64,000 nucleotides of DNA from Sphingobacteriaceae bacterium (GCA_043763625.1 JAYULL010000171.1:16077-80076); one strand, 5' to 3'. Positions 17,830-27,623 are shown, counted from the stretch's first letter. The notes: generated by a model not told the origin, from the letters alone. Program-made: numbers and translations.

Positions 17830-18204
17830 TTGGATGGACGTGTTTTTCGCTTCCTTATATAAGTGCAGATTATATCCGCTTCATTCAATTGTACGAGATG
17901 CGAAGGTTACCGGCTCGAACAGACCGATTGTTACTATCCCACGTTGGGACATTGCAATTAAACAAAAAGTGTTTATATTAAGCTTCTCATGAAATAACGC
18001 ACAAATGAAAAAGATTTTACTTTTCTTGCTTATTGCCTAAACAAGCCTCATCGGTTGCACAACAATAGAAATATAGCAGTGCGATTGGCTATACCGGAGG
18101 AAAAGGGTTCTTAAATATTTATTTGGCGGACTAATAGGTCCGAAATCCAAGCTCGAACAGGGACAGGTTATTCAGAATTCTAAAGATTGAATTAAAACTC
18201 ATAG

Positions 18205-19311
18205 ATGAAAAGTAAAATTCTAATAGTAAGTGTTGGAAGTATGGTGTCTCAAAATATTTTAGAGACACTTAAAAACAGAAGGAAAAATATTATCATCATA
18301 GGTACAGATGCAAGTGCTGATGCTCCTTTATACGATTGTGATAAAATTTATTTGACCCCAATTTCTGAGTTACCACCTTCAAATTACGCGGAATGTCTTT
18401 CAAAAATAATTATAGAAGAATCACCGGACCTTATTCTTGCGGGAAGAGATATCGATATAATAATCTTAGCCGAGTTAAAAACAAAATTTCCAAGCATTGC
18501 TGACAGGTTTATTGCCGGCGAATCTAATTTAGCACAACTTATGGAAGACAAATGGCTAAGTTGGCAATTTGCTCAAGAAGAAAGTCTCCCCTTTGCCGAA
18601 ACTATTGTTTATGACCGGGAAAATAATAAGGCAGGCGTTGAAATATTTGTTCAAAAATACGGATTCCCGTTTATTGCTAAACCAAGAAAGGGCTTTGCAA
18701 GCAAAGCAGTTTCGTTTATATTAAATTATGATCAGCTATCGGGTATTTCTTCGGATGGCTCCATTATTATTCAAGAATATTTAGGAGATAGCCGTAAAAT
18801 AATAGATTTTCAAGAAAGTATGAAATGTGGGGGCATACCCTTGTTTTATTCGCTGGAAGAAGTGAAATACAGTATGCAAATGTACATTGGTAAATCAGGA
18901 GAACTAAAGGGAAGTGTAGTGACAAAACACCAAATGAGAAATGGCGTGAGTGCCGGTGTCACTATTTTTGAAAACCACGGGTTGGAGGATTTGATAGATA
19001 AATATTATAAGGTTTTCTCAAGAAAAGGCTGGTATGGTCCGTTAAATATTCAATTACAGACGTGCAATACTACAAATAAACTAAAGGCCTTTGAATTTAA
19101 CGGACGCTTTACAGGTGCAACGGCAGCAAGATATATATTAGGCTATGATGAAGTGGGTTTCGCTTTGGAACTATTACCTTCAAGCCACATCAAAAAAGAT
19201 GGGTCATGCGGCTCTCAGAAAAATGTGCTTAAACAGACGTATGTTTCTGTGAGGCCCGATTGCCATATTACAACGCTCAACAAACATAAAACGTGGGAAC
19301 CGTTGGATTGA
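18205..19311 (+). CDS. ATP-grasp domain protein (carboxylate-amine ligase-like), orphan
   Basis: 368 aa. An N-terminal Rossmann-like pre-ATP-grasp region is followed by FPFIAKPRKGFASKAV...IIQEYL...FEFNGRF, which resembles ATP-grasp motifs. The gene is AT-rich by eye and flanked by repeats. Confidence 0.6.
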   Translation: MKSKILIVSVGSMVSQNILETLKNRRKNIIIIGTDASADAPLYDCDKIYLTPISELPPSNYAECLSKIIIEESPDLILAGRDIDIIILAELKTKFPSIADRFIAGESNLAQLMEDKWLSWQFAQEESLPFAETIVYDRENNKAGVEIFVQKYGFPFIAKPRKGFASKAVSFILNYDQLSGISSDGSIIIQEYLGDSRKIIDFQESMKCGGIPLFYSLEEVKYSMQMYIGKSGELKGSVVTKHQMRNGVSAGVTIFENHGLEDLIDKYYKVFSRKGWYGPLNIQLQTCNTTNKLKAFEFNGRFTGATAARYILGYDEVGFALELLPSSHIKKDGSCGSQKNVLKQTYVSVRPDCHITTLNKHKTWEPLD

Positions 19312-19428
19312 GCGTATTTGGGAGGAGGCACGACAAAGCAATCTCTTGCTCGGGTTCGAGGGAGATTGTTTCCCCTCTATCGCAACCTTCGCTTATGCAG
19401 CAATTGCACATGACTTTCGTAATGCCGT

Positions 19429-19970
19429 TTATAAATCAGCAAAGAATTCCGGATTTTTTCTAAAAATATTAACGTTTCCGGTGTAAGTTTTTTCAGCTGC
19501 CTTTATCTTATAGTAATACGAACCTGTTGGAAGATAAGCGCCATTAAACTTACCGTTCCAAGGATGCGGGTAATCAACAGATCGAAATACTAAGTTACCA
19601 TGGCGATTGTAAACCGAAACAGAACAATTAATGCCTTCAAGAAATTTAATTTCCCAAGTGTCGTTTATTCCGTCGTTGTGGGCGAAAAGGCATTAGGGAT
19701 ACCGTTGAACATATATTCTTTTTTGGGAAAAAAGATTTCCATTCTACCGGAGTCATCATTCTTCCATGAGAATCGATAATTCCCTGTGTAGGGGTCGGAA
19801 GCACTCCAATTAAATACAACGCCGGTGCCCGCATGCGGGGAAGAATTTTTGGTATGTTGAACTGTAAACTCGTTAGCGGACGGATTGTAAATAACATTTA
19901 ACGAGGAGTTACTGACATATGGAGGTAAAGAACTAAGCGGCATACCGGAAAGAGTAAGAGGCCGTTGCAA
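19429..19970 (-). pseudogene. C-terminal fragment of a T9SS type-B sorting-domain (gliding motility-associated C-terminal domain) protein, frameshifted
   Basis: The minus strand reads ...GIPNAFSPTTTE-stop. After a 1-nt shift near 19680 it reads HNDGINDTWEIKFLEGINCSVSVYNRHGNLVFRSVDYPHPWNGKFNGAYLPTGSYYYKIK...stop at 19429, matching the TIGR04131-type signature. No upstream body of the protein is present. Confidence 0.65.
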
Positions 19971-20114
19971 ATTTAGTATCCAAATTTTAATACCGGGATT
20001 GCCGATTAAACGTCCGATGGGCCGTCAATGTTTATATTGCCGGTGTCTTCTTTTTTATCCATTTTGCAGGATACAAACAGCAATGCTAAAATTCCCATGG
20101 GTAACCTTTTTTTA

Positions 20115-21335
20115 ATGAGAAATCTTCCGGCAGTTTTACTGTTTATTTTCGTTTCCCTACCGGCTTTTTTACTTGGAGGTACAGTACTTAGCGGTTATGA
20201 GGATCTTAAAAATATCGTTTCAAAAAAAGATACAGGCACCGGTATCGTGATAACAACACCGTTATCTCGGATAGTTTATCAAAGGCGCACTAATGGCAAA
20301 ACCTTAGTTCCGGTTAAAGGAACCTGTTTCGAAAAAACATTTCGTGTTGAGGCAAGGCTGGTAGCACGCGGGAAAGGGCAGGGAAAAACTTCGAAATGGC
20401 AAAAAATTAAGATCGTAAACCCCGCCGGAGCTTTTTCAGGAACCATAGAAGGATCGGATGGCTGGTACGATCTGGAAGTTAGATGTAAAATTGCAAAACC
20501 CGATTGGAAAAAAACAAAGCTGGAAAGAGTGGGCATTGGCGAAGTGTTTATAGTGGTCGGCCACTCCGTTGCGCAAGGGGGCGAAATCAATGGCGAGGGT
20601 GCCGTGGACGATCGCGTAAGCACCATTGCCCTTGATGAAAAGTCGGAAAGCTTTGATAAAAAATATCTTACAACCGGCGATCCCGGGTATCTTCCGGATG
20701 CCGTTTTTGTTCAAGCAGCTACAGGAATTGCGCAGGCACCGTTTGCGCATGGTAATTATTTCTGGTCAAAGTTTGCAGAGTTGGTCGTTCAAAAAGAAAA
20801 TGTTCCTGTGCTGATATTCAACGCTGCTTTTGGGGGAACAAGCCTTGAGCATTGGGCGAAGTCATCGCAGAATATCCGGTTTGAACATGGGTTTGTGAGA
20901 TCCGATATCCGGATGCCATATATAAATTTGTTTAATACGTTTAAAAAATATATTTCACTAACGGGGCTACGTGCACTTCTTGCTGATCAAGGGCAGAATG
21001 ATTCCGGACAAAAAGACGCGGGCATAATTCTGGCGAACTATAAAATATTTGTACAACAAGCACGTGAAGATTTAAACTACCCTAAATTAGCAGTAGTTGT
21101 AAACCGACAAATGCCTAAAAATGCGCCGGCCGTAGGAGAAGCGCAGGAAAGAATGATAAAGGAGCCTTATTGCTTTCCCGGCCCCGATTACAATATGGAC
21201 CTGCAAGAAAAAGACTGTGTAGACGGTATTCATTTAAGTCTCTCAGGTGTCCAAAAAGCAGCTCATTTATGGGCGAAAGCGTTAACCCCGGCTTTTTTTA
21301 AAAAGGTCGAACCGTGGATACCCTCGTGGCAGTAG
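20115..21335 (+). CDS. SGNH/sialate O-acetylesterase-like carbohydrate esterase, secreted
   Basis: The signal peptide is MRNLPAVLLFIFVSLPAFLLG. Catalytic-like blocks VGHSVAQGG, FGGTSLEHW, DQGQNDSG and DGIHLS are present. The start at 20115 (or 20097) is preferred over 20028. Confidence 0.6.
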   Translation: MRNLPAVLLFIFVSLPAFLLGGTVLSGYEDLKNIVSKKDTGTGIVITTPLSRIVYQRRTNGKTLVPVKGTCFEKTFRVEARLVARGKGQGKTSKWQKIKIVNPAGAFSGTIEGSDGWYDLEVRCKIAKPDWKKTKLERVGIGEVFIVVGHSVAQGGEINGEGAVDDRVSTIALDEKSESFDKKYLTTGDPGYLPDAVFVQAATGIAQAPFAHGNYFWSKFAELVVQKENVPVLIFNAAFGGTSLEHWAKSSQNIRFEHGFVRSDIRMPYINLFNTFKKYISLTGLRALLADQGQNDSGQKDAGIILANYKIFVQQAREDLNYPKLAVVVNRQMPKNAPAVGEAQERMIKEPYCFPGPDYNMDLQEKDCVDGIHLSLSGVQKAAHLWAKALTPAFFKKVEPWIPSWQ

Positions 21336-21458
21336 CCTCGGCTATCCGGTTTTTGAAAAAACATCTTCAGGTTATCTATAATTAGAGATAATGCTGGATA
21401 TTGATAGTCACCGATTCTATCTTTGCGAGATCTAATAGTTTAGTTATATATCAATAGA

Positions 21459-23345
21459 ATGAATAGTATTAAAAAAATTATCGTACCTCTTGTGATGTTG
21501 TTGATTTGGTCTTTTTTAGCTACCGCACAAACCGGCTATAAATTGCAACAAGTCCCGTTACAGAACTGTACTATTGATGATGCTTTCTGGTTACCGCGTT
21601 TACAAAAACACAGTAATGCAACCATCCCGGCAGCAATTGTTCAATTGCGTGATTCCACCGCACGTATCCAAAATTTTGAAATAGCTGCCGGAGAAAAGCA
21701 GGGAAAGTTTAAGGGGCTGGTATGGGATGATTCCGATGTATATAAAGTAATGGAAGGAATCGCCTACTCAATCATGTTAAAACCTGATCCCGGCCTTGAG
21801 AAGCTGATGGATTATTGGATCGACATGATGGCGAAGGCACAACAACCGGATGGGTATCTGGTTACTTTTTTTATTCTTTCAAAAGAAGATGATGGCTTAG
21901 GCAAAAATTTGGGTCGCTGGTCGGATATCGGACGGCATGAGATGTACGACGGCGGGCACATGATCGAAGCTGCAATTGCCTATTACAAAGCCACCGGAAA
22001 AATAAAATTTCTGGAGGTCGCCGGTCGTTTTGCTGATCACTGGATTGCCATGTTCGGCCCCGGAAAGCGACATTGGGCAGAGGGCCACCAGGAGCCTGAA
22101 TTGGCACTGGTGAAACTGTATAATGTAACTAATGAAAAAAAATACCTCGACTTTGCGAACTGGCTTCTTGAAGAAAGAGGCCATGGTTATGAATTTGGCC
22201 CCATGTGGGAAGCAAACCCGAGGGCCAATATTGATATCTTGAGCGACATCCCCGTAAAAGACATAGTGGAAGCTAAAGGTCATGCGGTGAGAGCGATGTA
22301 TATGTATTCCGGCATGGCTGATATTGTAGCTAACACAGGTGATAGTACTTATCTTAAAGCACTTAATACCGTTTGGGACGATGTAGTGAACAAAAAAATG
22401 TATATCACCGGAGGCGTTGGATCAATGCGTGACGGCGAGGCATTCGGTCCTGCTTATTATCTGCCCAATAAAGCTGCTTATTGCGAAACCTGCTCCTCCG
22501 TAGGAATGGTGTTATGGAACAGCCGTATGAACCTCTTGTCCGGAAATGGCAAGTACGCAAATGTACTGGAGCGATCTCTCTACAATGCTGTGTTAGCCGG
22601 ACAATCGCTATCAGGCGATAAGTTTTTTTACACGAACCCGCTTGAAGCAGAAGGGAAAACACATCGTGGCGGAGAATATGGTATTGCTTGCTGCCCTACA
22701 AATATGGCCCGTTTTATTCCGCAGATTGGGCAGTATATTTATATGACAGGCGCAAATGAATTGTTTGTGAACCTGTATGTGGGAAGCAAAACAAAAACTA
22801 ACATTGGCAACACAGAAGTGACAGTCTCGCAAAAAACTAATTATCCGTGGTCAGGAAAAGTGATGTTGCAAATAGATCCGGGATCGCCTGTTAACGCCAC
22901 AGTAAAATTACGGATACCGGATTGGTGCAAAAAATATACTGTAAAATTAAACGGTAAAAATGTACATCAACAATCACCGGATAAAGACTATCTCAGTATT
23001 AAGAGGCAATGGAACAAAGGCGACATGATTACTCTGGATTTAGAGATGCCGGTGCAATTGGTTGCCGCGGACCCACGTGTAAAAGACAATGTAGGAAAGC
23101 GAGCTATACAGGTTGGGCCGATTGTATATTGCGCTGAAGAAGTAGATAACCCGGGAATTGATCTTAATAACATAACCATTAGTGATAAAAATAAATTCAA
23201 AACCGTAGCCTGCGAAGGCGTGCTTGAGGGAATAAAAAAACTAACAACCATGGCGAGTGGAAATAATGTGGTGTTTGTTCCCTATTTCGCTTGGGAAAAC
23301 AGGAAATCCGGTAAAATGCAGGTGTGGATGAATTATTCAAAATAG
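21459..23345 (+). CDS. Glycoside hydrolase family 127 (beta-L-arabinofuranosidase-like, DUF1680)
   Basis: 628 aa with a signal peptide. The Cys-rich catalytic/Zn blocks AYCETCSSVGMV and GIACCPTNMARF are present. Confidence 0.85.
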   Translation: MNSIKKIIVPLVMLLIWSFLATAQTGYKLQQVPLQNCTIDDAFWLPRLQKHSNATIPAAIVQLRDSTARIQNFEIAAGEKQGKFKGLVWDDSDVYKVMEGIAYSIMLKPDPGLEKLMDYWIDMMAKAQQPDGYLVTFFILSKEDDGLGKNLGRWSDIGRHEMYDGGHMIEAAIAYYKATGKIKFLEVAGRFADHWIAMFGPGKRHWAEGHQEPELALVKLYNVTNEKKYLDFANWLLEERGHGYEFGPMWEANPRANIDILSDIPVKDIVEAKGHAVRAMYMYSGMADIVANTGDSTYLKALNTVWDDVVNKKMYITGGVGSMRDGEAFGPAYYLPNKAAYCETCSSVGMVLWNSRMNLLSGNGKYANVLERSLYNAVLAGQSLSGDKFFYTNPLEAEGKTHRGGEYGIACCPTNMARFIPQIGQYIYMTGANELFVNLYVGSKTKTNIGNTEVTVSQKTNYPWSGKVMLQIDPGSPVNATVKLRIPDWCKKYTVKLNGKNVHQQSPDKDYLSIKRQWNKGDMITLDLEMPVQLVAADPRVKDNVGKRAIQVGPIVYCAEEVDNPGIDLNNITISDKNKFKTVACEGVLEGIKKLTTMASGNNVVFVPYFAWENRKSGKMQVWMNYSK

Positions 23346-23461
23346 ACAGATGTTAACGGGTAAGCAGCTCTACCCCACGAGGCGGATTGCTGCCGGTATA
23401 ATTTTTTGGTTTCTTCATATAGAAGAGCAGATTGAAATTGGTTTTCATCCCTTAAAGCTGT

Positions 23462-23931
23462 TTAATGGTTTCCTTTCAGTGCATGGAGCATCCGGCGATC
23501 AAAGTCGAGATCTGCCGGTCTGATATTACGGGCTTCAAAACAGCGCAGACCGCATCCGTAGAGCAAACCAATCGAAAATACGATGCTTTAGCAGTTTGGT
23601 GCTTTTAGCAGCCGCTTCATTTCCTCTCTGCTTAACACGATAGGGAGTTTTTTCTCATGCTTAATACCGGGCAACTCGATGTGCTTATCTTTAAAACCCA
23701 ACATCCGGAAGGCAAAGCGAAGTCCGTAAACGGTAAACTTGAAATAGGAATCGGAAAGAGTGGGGTGTTCTGCTGCACCAAGTACAGGTAATCGTTAATC
23801 TGATCTGTATCCGGCTCGGTAGGAAACCGGCCGAAATGAAGAGCCATTTTAGCTAAATGGGTACTGTAACCGATTAGGGCATTCCGGCTTTTATCGGTAA
23901 TAGAAACTTTCTGCTGCATCTGAGCATACAA
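23462..23931 (-). pseudogene. Tyrosine recombinase/integrase remnant (multiple frameshifts, in-frame stop, truncated)
   Basis: The minus strand reads ...ITDKSRNALIGYSTHLAKMALHFGR...INDYLYLVQQ. After a shift it reads SDSYFKFTVYGLRFAFRMLGFKDKHIELPGIKHEKKLPIVLSREEMKRLLKAPNC-stop-SIVFSIGLLYGCGLRCFEARNIRPADLDFDRRMLH and then ends. Confidence 0.6.
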
Positions 23932-24591
23932 GTCGGAAAATCCTGATACTTTCGCACAGGCAGAACTGATTAAGTTTGGAGTGTCTTTTTTTTCATAATA
24001 ATAAACTTAATCTAGTTTCTGCTAATTCTAGGCTGAGGCGCTTTGAAAAACTACCGAAGGTTTAGTGCAACATCGGCTTGTGGCTATTGCTAGCTTTTTC
24101 GTTTAGTAAATTGAGTTCTTTCTATTACTTTAGTTCGAGCTTGTGATGTTAATGCTCTTAATTCCGCAACTACAACAAGCCCTAACCGTTATAACCGATA
24201 GAAAAGACAACGAACGATAATCATTTAAACCCCTTATTCTCTTCACAACGTTAAATTTTAAATACCTGTTGCATTTCTAAAAAATAATACTGTTTTTTGC
24301 ATCCTTAAACTATTTAAATCGCTGAGAGTCAATAATCCGCAAATGAACATCACCGCTTACATAACAACTGTTACTGTTTGGCTAAATAGATGCCGGGTGA
24401 GTATAATTAGTATTCTTAGGAACAGCGAAAAACCCGTACTTAGGCGACGATTTTTTATGCCTAAAATTTGATTTCAGGCAATCCTTCCACTCACTCTTCG
24501 GAATTTCCCGGAAACCATAACTCACATTTTTCATTTATTTAATATCAAGATTTGTTTTTTTCCGTACAACCGGGATAATTTTTACCTCAAG

Positions 24592-25314
24592 ATGCAAGAA
24601 AACGAATTTTCAGTATTGGTAGCAAGCGAAACCCACATCCGTTATGCAGAAGAGATTGTAGAGGAAATGGCCGAATCGGCCAAAGCAAGGGGAACCGGTA
24701 TAGCTCGTCGCTCGTCGGAATATATTGCTAAAAAAATCCTTGAGGGTAAAGCCGTTATTGCTTTGCATATCGACGGCACATGGGCGGGTTTTTGTTATAT
24801 CGAAACGTGGAGTCACGGGAAGTTTGTAGCAAACTCCGGCCTTATTGTCAGTCCTAAGTTCAGGAACTTCGGATTAGCCAAAAAGATAAAACATAAAATT
24901 TTTGAGCTTTCAAGAGAACAATATCCCGACGCTAAGCTATTTGGCCTCACGACCGGCCTTGCCGTAATGAAAATTAACTCAGAAATCGGTTACGAACCCG
25001 TTACCTATTCAGAACTCACGCAGGATGAGGAGTTTTGGAAGGGCTGCAAAAGCTGCGTTAATTACGATATTCTAATGAGTAAAGACCGGAAAAACTGTAT
25101 GTGCACCGCCATGCTTTTCGACCCGACGGATATTCAGCAAAAATGGGAAAACAAGCTCAAAGCACTGGAAGAACAAAAGCGTGAACTTGAAGAACAAATA
25201 AAAAAAGTATCCCGAAAATCAACCTTGCTTGAACGGATTGAAGAGAAGCTACGCGGTTCTATAAAAGTTTTCGCGGCTTTAGGTGCATTGTTAACTAAAT
25301 TCCTACATCAATAA
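24592..25314 (+). CDS. GNAT family N-acetyltransferase (first gene of the Bacteroidota arginine operon, ArgA-like role)
   Basis: 240 aa. The position directly upstream of argG matches the operon layout. A C-terminal coiled-coil tail is present. Confidence 0.65.
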   Translation: MQENEFSVLVASETHIRYAEEIVEEMAESAKARGTGIARRSSEYIAKKILEGKAVIALHIDGTWAGFCYIETWSHGKFVANSGLIVSPKFRNFGLAKKIKHKIFELSREQYPDAKLFGLTTGLAVMKINSEIGYEPVTYSELTQDEEFWKGCKSCVNYDILMSKDRKNCMCTAMLFDPTDIQQKWENKLKALEEQKRELEEQIKKVSRKSTLLERIEEKLRGSIKVFAALGALLTKFLHQ

Positions 25315-25318
25315 TATC

Positions 25319-26551
25319 ATGAAGAAAAAAGTTGTATTAGCCTTCAGCGGGGGCCTGGACACTTCATATTGCGCCATATATCTATCTAAAGATTTAGACT
25401 TAGAAGTTCATTCAGTTATAGTTGATACCGGTGGTTTTACAACAGAAGAACTGGAGCACATTGAAAAAAGAGCCTATGCACTCGGGGTTCTTTCACACCA
25501 CGCTGTCGACGCCGTTAAAGGTTATTACGAAAGCAGTATCAGGTATTTAATTTACGGAAATGTTTTAAAGAACAATACTTATCCGCTTTCTGTAAGTGCC
25601 GAGCGTGTTACTCAAGCAACAGCAATTGCGGAGTATGCTAAAAAAATAAACGCGGATTTTGTAGCTCACGGATCAACGGGTGCCGGAAACGATCAGGTGC
25701 GTTTCGATATGATCTTTAATATTTTATGTCCAAACGTGGGTATTATTACTCCTATCCGGGATTTAAAATTATCCCGCGAAGCAGAAATTCAATATTTGAA
25801 ATCTCACGGCGTTGAATTTAACTTCGAGAAAGCGCAATACTCTATCAATAAAGGCATTTGGGGAACTTCTGTGGGCGGAAAAGAAACTTTGAAATCAAAG
25901 GGGATTTTGCCGGAAGAAGCTTGGCCTACTCAAGTATCTAAATCCGGCACGGAAGAAGTCGTTTTAGAGTTTGAGAAGGGCGAATTAATGGGAGTAAACG
26001 AAGAGAAATTCAATCATCCGGCAGATGCAATAAAAGCGGTTCAAGCTATAGTCGGACCTTACGGGATAGGAAGAGATGTTCATGTAGGCGATACAATTAT
26101 CGGGATTAAAGGTCGGGTAGGTTTTGAAGCCGCAGCGCCGATGGTAATTATCAAAGCCCACCATGCAATAGAAAAGCATACACTTACAAAATGGCAACTA
26201 AGCTGGAAAGATCAGCTTTCAATGTTTTACGGAAACTGGATGCACGAAGGTCAATTTCACGATCCGGTAATGCGCAATATCGAAGCCTTTCTTACCGATA
26301 CTCAAAAAACAGTTTCAGGGAAGGTGTTTGTGCAATTAATGCCTTATCGGTTCCAAGTTATGGGGATCGAATCTAAGCACGATTTAATGGCAAGCAAATT
26401 CGGTAGCTACGGGGAAATGAACGAAGGATATACCGGAGATGATGTAAAGGGTTTTTCGAAGATTTTCGGGAATCAGGTGAAGATTTACCATAGCGTGAAC
26501 CCCTCCGGCTCTCTTGAAGGGGAGAGCCTAAACGCAGATGGACATGATTAG
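25319..26551 (+). CDS. argG: Argininosuccinate synthase
   Basis: The N-terminal ATP-pyrophosphatase motif AFSGGLDTS is present. 410 aa. The C-terminal tail is encoded by a palindromic element and overlaps argC by 14 nt. Confidence 0.9.
   Translation: MKKKVVLAFSGGLDTSYCAIYLSKDLDLEVHSVIVDTGGFTTEELEHIEKRAYALGVLSHHAVDAVKGYYESSIRYLIYGNVLKNNTYPLSVSAERVTQATAIAEYAKKINADFVAHGSTGAGNDQVRFDMIFNILCPNVGIITPIRDLKLSREAEIQYLKSHGVEFNFEKAQYSINKGIWGTSVGGKETLKSKGILPEEAWPTQVSKSGTEEVVLEFEKGELMGVNEEKFNHPADAIKAVQAIVGPYGIGRDVHVGDTIIGIKGRVGFEAAAPMVIIKAHHAIEKHTLTKWQLSWKDQLSMFYGNWMHEGQFHDPVMRNIEAFLTDTQKTVSGKVFVQLMPYRFQVMGIESKHDLMASKFGSYGEMNEGYTGDDVKGFSKIFGNQVKIYHSVNPSGSLEGESLNADGHD
26507..26528 (+). repeat. GC-rich palindrome inside the argG 3' end
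   Basis: ggctctc ttgaaggg gagagcc. It is translated as PSGSLEGES. Confidence 0.55.
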
Positions 26552-27584
26552 GGCCGGAATTATCGGCGGTGCCGGATACACAGGAGGTGAACTACTTCGA
26601 ATTCTGGTAAACCACCTTTTCGTTGAAATCGCTTTTGTTCACAGTAACAGCAATGCCGGAAACTATATTTTTGACGTTCATACAGATTTAATCGGTGATA
26701 CCGATATTAAATTTACTAATAGTCTTGATTTTAATACGCTTTTTAACGTCTCCCCTACCGGGGGAGATTTAGAGCGGGCAGTATTGTTTCTTTGTGTAGG
26801 TCATGGCGATGCGAAAAAGTTTTTGGAAGCAAACGATGTTGACGGCAGAATAAAGATAATAGACTTAAGTCAGGATTTTAGATTAGCAGAAAACTCAAAA
26901 CTCAAAGCTAAAAGCTTCCTGTACGGCTTGCCGGAAATCAGCAGAGAGCAAATAAAATCAGCTCAAAATATTGCTAATCCCGGTTGTTTTGCAACTTGCA
27001 TCCAATTAGCTCTGCTTCCTTTAGCGAAAGCAGGATTATTAAAAAACGAAGCGCATATTTCTGCAACTACAGGCTCAACCGGTGCCGGACAAAGCTTGTC
27101 GCAAACTTCCCATTTTAGTTGGAGGAATAATAACCTTTCGGTTTACAAGGCTTTCGAGCATCAGCATTTAAAAGAAATCGGCGAGTCCTTAAACAGCTTA
27201 CAAGATCAAGTTTCTCTCTCTCCTTCGGAGAGGGCCGTGGTCAGGCTTAATTTTATTCCCTACAGAGGAGATTTTACCCGAGGTATCATGGCTTCTGTTT
27301 ACACAGAATGCAATTTAAGCGAGGAAGAAATTCGGGAGTTGTATAGGCAATATTATCAAGATCATGTTTTTACTCATGTAAGTGAAAAGAATATTGACCT
27401 AAAGCAAGTAGTCAACACCAATAAATGTTTGTTGTATGTCGAGAAACACGGGAACAAAGCATTTATTTTAAGCATAATCGATAACCTATTAAAGGGAGCT
27501 TCCGGACAAGCAGTTCAAAATATGAACCTGATGTTCGGATTGGATGAACGGGAGGGGCTGAGGTTGAAAGCCGGGGCTTTTTGA
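26538..27584 (+). CDS. argC: N-acetyl-gamma-glutamyl-phosphate reductase
   Basis: IIGGAGYTGGELLR is the NAD motif and ANPGCFAT contains the catalytic Cys. At 348 aa it is about 25 aa longer than the homologues I remember. Confidence 0.9.
   Translation: MDMIRAGIIGGAGYTGGELLRILVNHLFVEIAFVHSNSNAGNYIFDVHTDLIGDTDIKFTNSLDFNTLFNVSPTGGDLERAVLFLCVGHGDAKKFLEANDVDGRIKIIDLSQDFRLAENSKLKAKSFLYGLPEISREQIKSAQNIANPGCFATCIQLALLPLAKAGLLKNEAHISATTGSTGAGQSLSQTSHFSWRNNNLSVYKAFEHQHLKEIGESLNSLQDQVSLSPSERAVVRLNFIPYRGDFTRGIMASVYTECNLSEEEIRELYRQYYQDHVFTHVSEKNIDLKQVVNTNKCLLYVEKHGNKAFILSIIDNLLKGASGQAVQNMNLMFGLDEREGLRLKAGAF
26749..26767 (+). repeat. GC-rich palindrome inserted in-frame in argC
   Basis: tctcccc taccg ggggaga. 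It is translated as VSPTGGDL. Confidence 0.55.
27216..27247 (+). repeat. GC-rich palindromic element (CTCTCTCC-TTC-GGAGAGGG + CCGTGGTCAGGC) in-frame in argC
   Basis: It shares gagagggccg.gg..aggc with the copy at 29807-29838 and is translated as SLSPSERAVVRL. Confidence 0.6.
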
Positions 27585-27602
27585 GTGAAAAGTTAAAAGT
27601 AT
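27585..27602 (+). repeat. Left 18-bp inverted repeat of the four-helix-bundle cassette
   Basis: The reverse complement of gtgaaaagttaaaagtat matches 27971-27988 at 17 of 18 positions. It begins immediately after the argC stop. Confidence 0.65.
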
Positions 27603-27623
27603 AAAGCTAAAAGTTATTAGGAA

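Noticed and set aside
20028-20114. Upstream start for the SGNH esterase at 20028.
   Set aside because: The first 29 codons precede a typical signal peptide (MRNLPAVLLFIFVSLPAFLLG) and abut the T9SS pseudogene region. They are likely not translated.
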